The translations under genes and the position numbers were made by a program. From an uncultured delta proteobacterium (lineage in GTDB: Bacteria; Myxococcota; Kuafuiibacteriia; Kuafuiibacteriales; Kuafuiibacteriaceae), in contig CAWDML010000002.1 of assembly GCA_963803435.1 (NCBI GenBank), positions 32,001 through 96,000 of the forward strand: 64,000 bases of DNA, given 5' to 3'. The notes beneath the pieces are model-generated. The model was not told the origin of the DNA. It did no database searches and worked only from the letters and a program-made list of their open reading frames with translations. Below, piece after piece: positions 40,724 through 49,033 of the stretch. Numbering within the stretch: the first letter of the stretch is position 1; each line of letters opens with the position of its first letter.

Positions 40724-42093
40724 GGCGGAGGCTGGCCTACCTCGACGGGTTTATCCCGTCCACCGATTTTCCGATCGGATGGTCGGTCGTTGGAGGAGCG
40801 CCACACCGAGAAGAGCAGAAGCAGCGAGAAGGTCACCGCAAAACCGGCCCAAAACCAGAGGAACTTCGAAGGGTTCTTCTTCGGAGGCCGGGTGTCGGGG
40901 GCGCTCCTCGAGGGGACCGGGGCGGGCGGGGCAAGCGAAGCGCGCAGCGAGCCCCCGCGTGCCGAGTCGGGGGCCACGGCTCCGCCCGGGCGGTCCCCGG
41001 CGGACCCCGCGGTCGGCTGCTCGGACTGGAAGAGCTCGAGCCGCGTCCGCAGGGCCATCCCCGGCGCCCACGAACCGTCCAGGGATCGCTCCGATCCGAG
41101 ATCCACGTCGTCCTTGGTGAACTCGCTCGGACGGACCACGGCGTCGAGCTCGGCCAGGACAGCCTCGAAGCTGTCGCCGTCGATCTCGGTTCGGTGGGAG
41201 TCCTGCTCGATCCGCTCCCGGTGCTCTGCGAAGACGGACAGCTCCTCCCGGGCCACCTGGCGGATCCAGGCCGCCAGCGCCGGACGCCCGTCCTGCTCGT
41301 CCTCCGCATCGAGGTCCGCGTAAAAGATGCGCGTCAGCGCGTCCGCCAGACCGCGGACGTCGACCGGCTCGGCGGCGGGATCGAGGGCCCGGTTCATGAG
41401 GGCCTCCAGGGCCGACGGCGCCCGGTGGGTGGGGAGATAGACCGCGCGCGCCTCGTCGCGGGCCTCCGTGAAGAGGCGCCCCGTCAGCAGCTCCCAGAGG
41501 ATCGCGGCGATCCCGAACGCGTCGAGGCGCGGATGGAGCGCGGCGTCGGTGAGCCAGCGCGGCTCCACGTAGCGGAGGTCGACCCAGCTGGTCAGCGCGG
41601 TCTGGGCGAGGGACGCGTGCTCGGCGGCGAGACCGAAGTCGACCTTCACCGCGCCCAGGCGGGTCACCATCACGTGCTCGGGGTTGAGGCCGCCGTGGGC
41701 CTCTCCGATCGAGTGGGCGTGCGCGATGCCCTCGGCCATCTGGCGTGCGATCCACACGGCGAGCGGCGCCGCGATCGGGCCGCTTCGCCTGAGCGCGCAC
41801 GCTAGGTCGATCCCCTCGAGGGCCTCCAGGAGCTGGGCGGTCAGCTCGGTCGTGTCGAAGCGCCCATAGCAGTGCACCACCTGCTGGTGCTCGACCTTCT
41901 GCGCGATCCGGCTGGCGACGGCGAGGCGGGCGTCGAGGGCCGGGCCGTCTGGCCGAGAGGGGTGGGCGCGGCGGGCCACTACCAGCGCGGGCAGCCCCAA
42001 ACGAGCCTTACCCCGTGGACGCGCCAGCCACTCCTCGTAGGGGCCAACGTTACGAAGATAGGCGAGCAGCTCGAACCCGGCCGGGCTCTGCAT
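40720..42093 (-). CDS. membrane-anchored pseudokinase (Hanks fold)
   Basis: Kinase-like spacing, but HGGLNPEH replaces HRDLK and the beta3 Lys is absent; VDFG retained; C-terminal TM. Confidence 0.75.
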   Translation of the reverse strand: MQSPAGFELLAYLRNVGPYEEWLARPRGKARLGLPALVVARRAHPSRPDGPALDARLAVASRIAQKVEHQQVVHCYGRFDTTELTAQLLEALEGIDLACALRRSGPIAAPLAVWIARQMAEGIAHAHSIGEAHGGLNPEHVMVTRLGAVKVDFGLAAEHASLAQTALTSWVDLRYVEPRWLTDAALHPRLDAFGIAAILWELLTGRLFTEARDEARAVYLPTHRAPSALEALMNRALDPAAEPVDVRGLADALTRIFYADLDAEDEQDGRPALAAWIRQVAREELSVFAEHRERIEQDSHRTEIDGDSFEAVLAELDAVVRPSEFTKDDVDLGSERSLDGSWAPGMALRTRLELFQSEQPTAGSAGDRPGGAVAPDSARGGSLRASLAPPAPVPSRSAPDTRPPKKNPSKFLWFWAGFAVTFSLLLLFSVWRSSNDRPSDRKIGGRDKPVEVGQPPP

Positions 42094-42191
42094 CCCGCGA
42101 TCATCCCGGAAACCATCGAGAAAATCGAAGGGAGACTCGGGTCACGCAAAAAAATGTCCGCAACTCCGTCCCGACCGCCTACGATACTCCC

Positions 42192-42704
42192 GTGGCGCCC
42201 AGCCTCAAGCCGCTCGGTCTCTCGACGGAGCGCCTCGATCAGCCTCAGCTCCAGGCGCGGCTTCAGCTTCAGCTCCGGATCCCCACGCAGTCGGTCGACA
42301 AGACCAAGCCGGAGGATCGCACCGAACGCGAGGACGAGGGTCGCGCCGGGGGATGGAGCCGGCAAGAGTCCGTGGTGTTGGCGCAAGGTGACTTGCAATC
42401 GGGGCGCGACAGCTGGCGCCGCTTTCAGAGCGGGACCGGCCGTCGCAGCAACTTCGGCGCGATCCAGATCGACGGCCCCTCGCCCAAGAAGACGCTCACC
42501 CCCACGACGGTGTTGCCGGAGGCCTCGGGCCCCTGGACGACGATCGATCGGTGGCACGGACGCGCGGCGCGCTTCGAGGAGTGGGGCCGGAAGACCGCCG
42601 AGCAGATGGGGAGCGATCCCGCGCTCGATCTCGACCCGCAGTCTCCGGTTCCGCGAACGCAGGGCGGTCAGAGCAAGCGGCGCCGCCGCTATCGCCTTGC
42701 CTGA
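42192..42704 (+). CDS. hypothetical charged protein
   Basis: GC3-biased frame of ORF 42015..42704; GTG start inferred; basic C-terminus KRRRRYRLA. Confidence 0.5.
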   Translation: MAPSLKPLGLSTERLDQPQLQARLQLQLRIPTQSVDKTKPEDRTEREDEGRAGGWSRQESVVLAQGDLQSGRDSWRRFQSGTGRRSNFGAIQIDGPSPKKTLTPTTVLPEASGPWTTIDRWHGRAARFEEWGRKTAEQMGSDPALDLDPQSPVPRTQGGQSKRRRRYRLA

Positions 42705-42802
42705 GCCCCGGTCGGAACGGTTGTCGGACTAGGAGCGTGTAGCGCGTGGCGCTACCGCGAGCCCGGTCCGGGTCCCGGTCCCGGTCCCGGTCCCGATGGC
42801 GA

Positions 42803-42983
42803 TCATGCAGCCCGGCGTGCGTTCATCGACTTGATGAGGCGCGTGAGCCTCTCGACAACGCGCTTGAGCTTGGCTCTGGCGGCTTGGACCTGCTGCTCGT
42901 TGGCGAGTCGGCGCCTCAAGCAGGTGTGGAGTGAGGCGGCGCTTTCGGTGCCAGAGCGAAGTGCCATCCGGTAGAAGCGAGCC
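42803..42983 (-). pseudogene. four-helix-bundle (23S rRNA IVS/Avd-like) protein, C-terminal fragment
   Basis: ARFYRMALRSGTESAASL...VERLTRLIKSM; near-identical to 54997-55176. Confidence 0.8.
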
Positions 42984-43182
42984 CCCGCGAGGCGAGCGAC
43001 CGTACTCGCCTCGAATGATGATCGCGCTGCTTCTGTACGCCTACTGCACCGGCATCTATTCGTCGCGGAGGATCGCGCGGGCGACCTACGAAGACATTCC
43101 ACTCCGGGTGCTGGCCGGAGAAAGTCATCCCCACCTGCTCAAGCTCTACCGATCGAAGCTCGCGACCGTCGCGAGCGTCTGA
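42984..43182 (+). pseudogene. IS1182-family transposase remnant (DUF772 part fused to extreme C-terminus)
   Basis: RGERPYSPRMMIALLLYAYCTGIYSSRRIARATYEDI..RVLAG...P joined directly to HLLKLYR. Confidence 0.85.
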
Positions 43183-43268
43183 CTCAAGGCAGCCATCTTC
43201 AGATCGGGACCCGGACCGGGACCGGGACCCGGACCGGGGTCGCGTGAGCGCTTACGCGCTACACGCTC

Positions 43269-43769
43269 CTAGGACGGGACGTCGACCGAGAAGGGCTTGG
43301 TCCGGGGGCGGTCGCACGCGTCCTCGGTGCACACCTGCCAGCGGAACGTTCCGGTCGCGTGGTTGTCGGTGGCGCCCTGCTTTTTCTGGACGGGCGCCAC
43401 GATGCGCGCGGCGCCTTCCACGATCACCGAGCGTCCGATCGGGAGGTCCTTGGTCTCGCCTTCGGGATACTTGACCTCGCCCGCGGACGTGTAGGCGCTC
43501 GTGTCGTCCAGCGTCAGGTTCAACGGTTTCCCGATCGTCTCACCGACCGTGTACGCGTGGTATCCAGGTGCGATCTTCACGTCGACGACCAGCGCCTTGC
43601 CGGTCCCGTCGTACTGGATCTGATACTCGAACGCCTTCTGCCAGTCGGGCTCGGGGGGCGACTTCACCTCCGCCACTCCCGGCTCGCCGCGGGGCGGCGG
43701 CGCCTCCTGTCGCGCGTCGGGACACGCGCAAAGCTGAGAGGCGAGGAACAGGAGACCCAATCGACGCAT
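43269..43769 (-). CDS. lipoprotein with DsbD N-terminal (Ig-like) domain
   Basis: Lipobox-like LCAC; VKIAPGYHAY...VKYPEG...WQVCTEDACDRP. Confidence 0.75.
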   Translation of the reverse strand: MRRLGLLFLASQLCACPDARQEAPPPRGEPGVAEVKSPPEPDWQKAFEYQIQYDGTGKALVVDVKIAPGYHAYTVGETIGKPLNLTLDDTSAYTSAGEVKYPEGETKDLPIGRSVIVEGAARIVAPVQKKQGATDNHATGTFRWQVCTEDACDRPRTKPFSVDVPS

Positions 43770-43857
43770 GCGTCTCCTTCTATAGCACCCGACGGATGTT
43801 CAGTCGCGTCGGGAAACGGATTTACTGTTTTGGTCGCGGGAAAGTATGGGAGGGGCC

Positions 43858-46800
43858 ATGTACCGAAGAGGGCTGTGCGCGGTGCTCATCTTTGCCGCGG
43901 TCGCGAGCTGCCTCGGCTTCGGCGCGGGCTCCAAGGCGTTCAAGAGCGGCGAGGACGCGCAGAAGGCAGGAGATCTCGAGGAGGCGTACCGCCAATACAA
44001 GGCGGCGCTCGAGGGCGAGCCGAAGAACACGCGCTACCGGCAGGCCGTCGAGGACACGGGTAAGGAGCTCGCACGCGCACACCGGGCCGAGGCCCGCGCG
44101 AAGGAGAAGTCGCAGGACTGGGCCGGCGCGTCGGAGGCCTGGGCGCGCGCGGCCGAGTACGCACCGAACGACGCCGAGCTCCAGGTGCGGCGCGATCTCT
44201 CGGCGCTGAAGGCGAAGAACCTGGGACCGGACGAGTGGTACGACGGCGTCAAGGTTGTCTTTGACAAGTATCCTCAGCAGAAGGTCGTCGGGCGCACCCT
44301 CGAGGGCGCGCGTGCGGCCGCCTATCAGTACAACGTCAATCTCGGACAGCAGTTTCTCGGCAGCGGCGAAGGGGCTCGCGCCCACACGTACTTCGAGCGT
44401 GCCCGGACGATCGACCCGACGACGCCGGGGCTCTCGCCGGAGCTCCTCACCAAGGCGGAGGCGCTGGCGATGGCCGAGGACGCCGGTGCCCGGCTGGAGG
44501 CCGGCGACGCCGTCACTGCCTACGACCTCTACGGGAAGGCCTACGAGAAGATGCCGCTCCCGGAGATCAAGCGCGACATGGCAAAGGCCCGGGCGAAGGC
44601 CAGCGCGATCCTGACGAAGCTGGAGTCGGCGCGGGATCGGGTGAAGCGCAAGCGTTACGTCGACGCGCTGCGGATCTACGGGACGATCCTCGACCTCGAG
44701 GGGGCACCACCGTTCGTCGAGCAAGAGGCGGCGACGGTGCGTCAGGATCTGCTCGCGGACATGGTGGCCGACGCCAACGCGCGGGCGGAGAAGCGTCAGG
44801 TCCGACAGGCGCACCAGATCCTCACCAACGCGCTCTCGTATGCGAACCTGGGGAGGGTCGAGCGCGACACGTACAAGGCGGCGATCGATCATGCGCGCGC
44901 CGGCCGACCGAAGACCGCCATGGAGGTGCTCGACAAGGTCGGGCTCGAGGCGACGAACCCGCTGTATGGCGCCGCGCATAACCTGGCGCTGGCGGCGGCG
45001 AGGGATCAACTGGCCAACGCCGAGCGGACGGCGAAGCGCAGCGCCGAGAAGGCGCTCGCCATGCTGGTGGAGCTCCAGCCGTTCGAGGGCGAGATCCAGG
45101 AGATCGCGGCGCTCCAGCGCCAGCTGCGCGCCGGCTCCTTCCAGGAGCTGCTCGACGAGGCCCTGGTGCAGGCGAAGAAGGGCGATGCGACCGAGGCATC
45201 GACGCTGTTGCTGGCGGCGCTGAACGCGAGCAACGCTCCCGCCAACATGCGGGAGCCGGCGGCGGAGGGGTGCGATCACTTGAAGGAGGCGCACTTCGCC
45301 GCCGCGCAACAGTCGTTCGAGAAGGCGCTCGTGACGGCGCCGCGATCGAAGCTGGCGGAGCGCGCGATTGAGATCTCGCAGCTCATGCGCAAGAGCGGCG
45401 AGCAGGCCGCGGTCGAGGTGATCCAGAGCGGCAAGGGCGATCAGGAGCGGGCGGTCGCGACGCTCGAGGACGCGCTGGCCGTCGAGCCGAATCATCGAGG
45501 CGCGAGGGAGGCCCAGAAGGCGCTGCTGTCGCGGGCGAAGGGCAAGGGGACGGACGCGGAGGTCGCCTCGCTCTTGCAGCTGGCGGCGAGGCTGTCGCCG
45601 GGCGGCGTGAAGAAGGCGATCGACGACGGCGTCGCAAAGCTGGCCGCCGCGGATCACGCAGGCGCCGAGAGCGCGTTCGGTGAAGCCAAGGGCGACGAGG
45701 TGGCGGAGGTTGGGCGAGAGATCGCGCGCACGCGCATGCTCGCGGCTCTCAGCTCGGGCGCGAAGGGTGCGGCCAAAGGCGACGAGGCAGCGGCCAATGC
45801 GCTGGCGCAGCTGCTCCAGAAGGATCCGGCGAACCGTGACGCGCAGGCGGCGGTGAGGTCGCTGATCGCGCAAGCCACCGAGCACGCGGACAAGAAGGAG
45901 GACACCGAGGCAGCACGGTTCCTTCGTCTCGCCACGATCGCGACGAGTCCGGCGCCGGGGGTGAAGAACCAGCTCGACTCCGGCAACAGCGCGCTGGCCA
46001 AGGGCGACATGATCGCCGCCGAGAAAGCGTTCGCGGATGCGCTCGACATCGAGCCCGAGAACAAGGTCGCTTCCGCCGGATATCAGATCGCCAAGCAGGC
46101 CCGGGTCGGCATGCTCGACTCCGCGGTCGCCGAGGCCAAGGCCAGCGGCAACGCGTCGCGGGCAGGGGAGGCGCTGCGGAAGACGCTCGAGATCGATCCG
46201 ACGAGCCCCGAGGCGAAGAAGGCGTTCGGGGAGCTGCTGGCGGAGGCGAAGCGCCAGGGCGACGCCGGCAACGATGCGCAGGCGGCCGGGCTGCTCGACG
46301 CCGCCAATGTGGCCTCGAAGCCGGAGGCCGCCAAGAAGAAGATCTCCGAAGCGATCGGCATGCTGGCGAAGGGCGACCATGATGGTGCCTCGGCGGCCTT
46401 CGGCGCGATCATCAGGGACGCCGAGTCCCAGGTGGCCACCACGGGCAAGCAGATCGCAGACGCGCGTCGGAGGACCGTGCTGGTCGAGCGCGCAAAGGCG
46501 CTCGAGAATGGCAGTGATCTGGCGAGTGGCGCCGCGGCGGTGGCGTCGCTGCTCGCGATCGATCCGGCGGACGCGTCCGCGAAGCGTGCGATCGACGCGA
46601 CGTTGATACGTGCCGAGAAGGCGTCGGCCGACGGCGATGACAAGCTCGCCGCCCGCGAGCTCACCGCCGCCGCCACTGCGCGCAGCGAGGACGCTTCGCT
46701 GGCCATTGGCATCGGGAAGCTGGAGGCGGGGCGGTTCCAGGAGGCGGAGGAAGCGTTCACCGACACCGAGTCGCCGGTGGCCGTCGCGGGACAGAAGATC

Positions 46801-48447
46801 GCGCGCGGACGCCGTCTCGGCACTCTGCGCGAGAACCTGACGGGACAGGGCGACGACGCTGCCCGGGCGATCGCGCTCCTGCTCAAGACGGATCCCGGCA
46901 ACAAGGAGGCGAGGAAGGCCTTCGAGCAGCTGCTCGACGAGGCGCGCAAGGCAGGTCGAAACAACGACGATGCGACGGCGTCCGACAAGATCAAGCTGGC
47001 TTGCATCGCCTCAAATCCTCCGGACGACCTCCGCTCGGCGATCGAGGCCGGCGTGATGCGGCTGGCGGAGAGCAAGCACGCCGAGGCCGAGAAGGCCTTC
47101 CTGGAGGCGGTGGCGCTGGCGAAGGACTCGAAGGTGGCGCGCGTGGGCGTCGAGGTGGCGCGCACGCGTCGGACCACGATCGAGAAGAACGCCCGGACCG
47201 CGCTGGGGAAGCCCGGCGATCCCAGGCCGCACGCGCGCGTCCTGCAGGAGAGCCTGCTGGTGGAGCCGAAGTCGCGGACGGTGCGGGCCGCGCTCTACGA
47301 TCTGGTGGACCGCGCTCGCAAGGCCGCCAAGGCGGGCGCGGACTCGGAGACGGCTCAGGTGCTGGAGGCCGCCGCGCTGCTCGAGAACTCCGGCGCGGAC
47401 GTGCAGGTCAAGTTGACGGAGGCCTCAGGGCTGTACGCGCAGGGATCGTTCGAGGCCGCCGAGACGGTGTTCGGCTCGGTCGACGGCGGGGGCGCCGGGA
47501 GCAAGGTCGCCGACGTCGGGAAGAGGCTGGCGCGCGAGCGCCGTATCTCGGTCCTCGAGGCCGAGTGGCGGGAGGCGCGCCACAACAAGGATCTCCTGCG
47601 CGAGGCCGCGATCGTCCGCCAGATCCTCGACGCGGATCCTCGACATCGGGAGGCTCGCGCGGCCTCCAAGCGTCTGGAGAAGGAGGTCGGGACGAACCGC
47701 ATCGGAGCGGCCAAGACCAGCCGCGAGATGGGGAAGCTCGGTGTCGCCTACATCTACCTCGAGCGCGCGCTCAAGCTGAACGCGGACGACGACGACGCCA
47801 AGAAGGAGATGGAGGCCGTCACCGCCAAGCTGAAGGAGCGGATGGACCTGATCCTCCTGGTGGAGCGGGTCTCTCGCGAGAAGGCGGTTGGTCCCAAGGT
47901 GTGCCTCGGGTTCGACGAGGTCCTTCGCGACGAGATCATGTCGGTGTCGTCGAAGCGCACCGACCTCGGGGGCTTCGTGCTGAGCCCCGGCTGGACGAAG
48001 GCGGTCGAGGAAAAGAGCGACAAGGCGCCGGAAGTCTCGGCCAGCATCGCGGTCAAGGTGACCGAATGCGAGACGACGCCCGAGGGTGGCAAGTCCGCCT
48101 TCACCTGGGAGCTGCAGGTCCCGCGCAAGGGGATGACCGCGGCGAAGGGCGAGTTCGCGGCCGAGCTGGAGAGCGGGATCATTCCGAAGGACGAGCAGGA
48201 CGAGGCCGGCAACAACGCGAAGAAGGCGTTGGCCACCAAGGCGACTGCGGCGTTCCTCGACAGCTTCGAGGGACAGCGGGATACGATCGATCTCTGGATG
48301 CTGACGCTGGCGGAGTACGGGATGCGGCACAAGGACGTGGCCACCGTCGCGGACGCGTATGCGCGGCTGTCGATCAAGAAGCCGGAATCGATCGATCCCG
48401 CGCGGTTGGCGAAGGTGGAGAAGTACCTCACGAAAGAGCTTCGTTGA
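43858..48447 (+). CDS. very large TPR/alpha-solenoid lipoprotein (1529 aa)
   Basis: Lipobox VASC; GGAGG RBS; recurring L..DP....A..A helical repeats; mixed alpha/beta C-terminal domain. Confidence 0.85.
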   Translation: MYRRGLCAVLIFAAVASCLGFGAGSKAFKSGEDAQKAGDLEEAYRQYKAALEGEPKNTRYRQAVEDTGKELARAHRAEARAKEKSQDWAGASEAWARAAEYAPNDAELQVRRDLSALKAKNLGPDEWYDGVKVVFDKYPQQKVVGRTLEGARAAAYQYNVNLGQQFLGSGEGARAHTYFERARTIDPTTPGLSPELLTKAEALAMAEDAGARLEAGDAVTAYDLYGKAYEKMPLPEIKRDMAKARAKASAILTKLESARDRVKRKRYVDALRIYGTILDLEGAPPFVEQEAATVRQDLLADMVADANARAEKRQVRQAHQILTNALSYANLGRVERDTYKAAIDHARAGRPKTAMEVLDKVGLEATNPLYGAAHNLALAAARDQLANAERTAKRSAEKALAMLVELQPFEGEIQEIAALQRQLRAGSFQELLDEALVQAKKGDATEASTLLLAALNASNAPANMREPAAEGCDHLKEAHFAAAQQSFEKALVTAPRSKLAERAIEISQLMRKSGEQAAVEVIQSGKGDQERAVATLEDALAVEPNHRGAREAQKALLSRAKGKGTDAEVASLLQLAARLSPGGVKKAIDDGVAKLAAADHAGAESAFGEAKGDEVAEVGREIARTRMLAALSSGAKGAAKGDEAAANALAQLLQKDPANRDAQAAVRSLIAQATEHADKKEDTEAARFLRLATIATSPAPGVKNQLDSGNSALAKGDMIAAEKAFADALDIEPENKVASAGYQIAKQARVGMLDSAVAEAKASGNASRAGEALRKTLEIDPTSPEAKKAFGELLAEAKRQGDAGNDAQAAGLLDAANVASKPEAAKKKISEAIGMLAKGDHDGASAAFGAIIRDAESQVATTGKQIADARRRTVLVERAKALENGSDLASGAAAVASLLAIDPADASAKRAIDATLIRAEKASADGDDKLAARELTAAATARSEDASLAIGIGKLEAGRFQEAEEAFTDTESPVAVAGQKIARGRRLGTLRENLTGQGDDAARAIALLLKTDPGNKEARKAFEQLLDEARKAGRNNDDATASDKIKLACIASNPPDDLRSAIEAGVMRLAESKHAEAEKAFLEAVALAKDSKVARVGVEVARTRRTTIEKNARTALGKPGDPRPHARVLQESLLVEPKSRTVRAALYDLVDRARKAAKAGADSETAQVLEAAALLENSGADVQVKLTEASGLYAQGSFEAAETVFGSVDGGGAGSKVADVGKRLARERRISVLEAEWREARHNKDLLREAAIVRQILDADPRHREARAASKRLEKEVGTNRIGAAKTSREMGKLGVAYIYLERALKLNADDDDAKKEMEAVTAKLKERMDLILLVERVSREKAVGPKVCLGFDEVLRDEIMSVSSKRTDLGGFVLSPGWTKAVEEKSDKAPEVSASIAVKVTECETTPEGGKSAFTWELQVPRKGMTAAKGEFAAELESGIIPKDEQDEAGNNAKKALATKATAAFLDSFEGQRDTIDLWMLTLAEYGMRHKDVATVADAYARLSIKKPESIDPARLAKVEKYLTKELR

Positions 48448-48866
48448 ACGCGCAGGGCCGTCTGCTCGGGATCGATCCAGGGACCAAGCGCATCGGGTTC
48501 GCGCTGTCCGACGACATGCGCTGGACGGTCCAGCCCCTCGAGGTCTGGAAGCGGCGGACGATTGAGGAGGACGTGGCCCACGTCCGCGGGTTGATCGAGA
48601 AGCACGAGGTGGTCGGGCTGGTGATCGGCGTGCCCTACACGCTCGACGGCAACGAGTCGGCGTCTACGGCGCGGGCGAAGGCGTTCATCGCCGCGCTCAA
48701 GGCCGGGATTCCGGAGGTCGCGATCCGCGAGCGGGACGAGGCGCTCACCACCTGGGAGGCGGAGTCGAAGCTGAAGGCGCTCGGGATCCCGGCGCGGCGC
48801 GAGCTGATCGATGCCTACGCGGCCGCCGTGATCCTCCAGGAAGAGCTCGACGCGACCAGCTCGTAA
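48444..48866 (+). CDS. ruvX: RuvX/YqgF pre-16S rRNA nuclease
   Basis: RLLGIDPGTKRIGFALSD...VIGVP...DEALTT.EA...IDAYAAAVILQ; TTGA overlap with the TPR gene. Confidence 0.92.
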   Translation: MNAQGRLLGIDPGTKRIGFALSDDMRWTVQPLEVWKRRTIEEDVAHVRGLIEKHEVVGLVIGVPYTLDGNESASTARAKAFIAALKAGIPEVAIRERDEALTTWEAESKLKALGIPARRELIDAYAAAVILQEELDATSS

Positions 48867-49033
48867 CCATTCGTTCGTAGGGTGGTTGTGGGCGATTGGG
48901 AGCTGCGGATCCGCGGCCCCCGCTGTTCGACGCGGACGGGCGGGCGCTGCCGGCCGAGAAGGACAACGGCGAGTACCGCCTCGATCAGACCGGCGACTAT
49001 CCCAACTATGTATGTCTGCGGTTGGTCGAGTAG

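Larger units (their letters stand above)
42729..43272. mobile_element. internally deleted IS1182-related element (MITE-like), ~70-bp TIRs, CTAG at both ends
   Basis: Left end CTAGGAGCGTGTAGCGCGT...(CCCGGT)n is inverted at the right end ...(ACCGGG)n...ACGCGCTACACGCTCCTAG; contains transposase and four-helix-bundle fragments. Confidence 0.85.

Noticed and set aside
42762-42797. Hexamer arrays (also 43203-43238 and 55182-55217) as CRISPR repeats
   Set aside because: Tandem 6-mers with no spacers and no cas genes; they are part of IS terminal repeats.
48896-49033. 45-codon ORF between ruvX and the tubulin-like gene
   Set aside because: Too short, weak TTG start and no recognisable motif; it may be a gene fragment.
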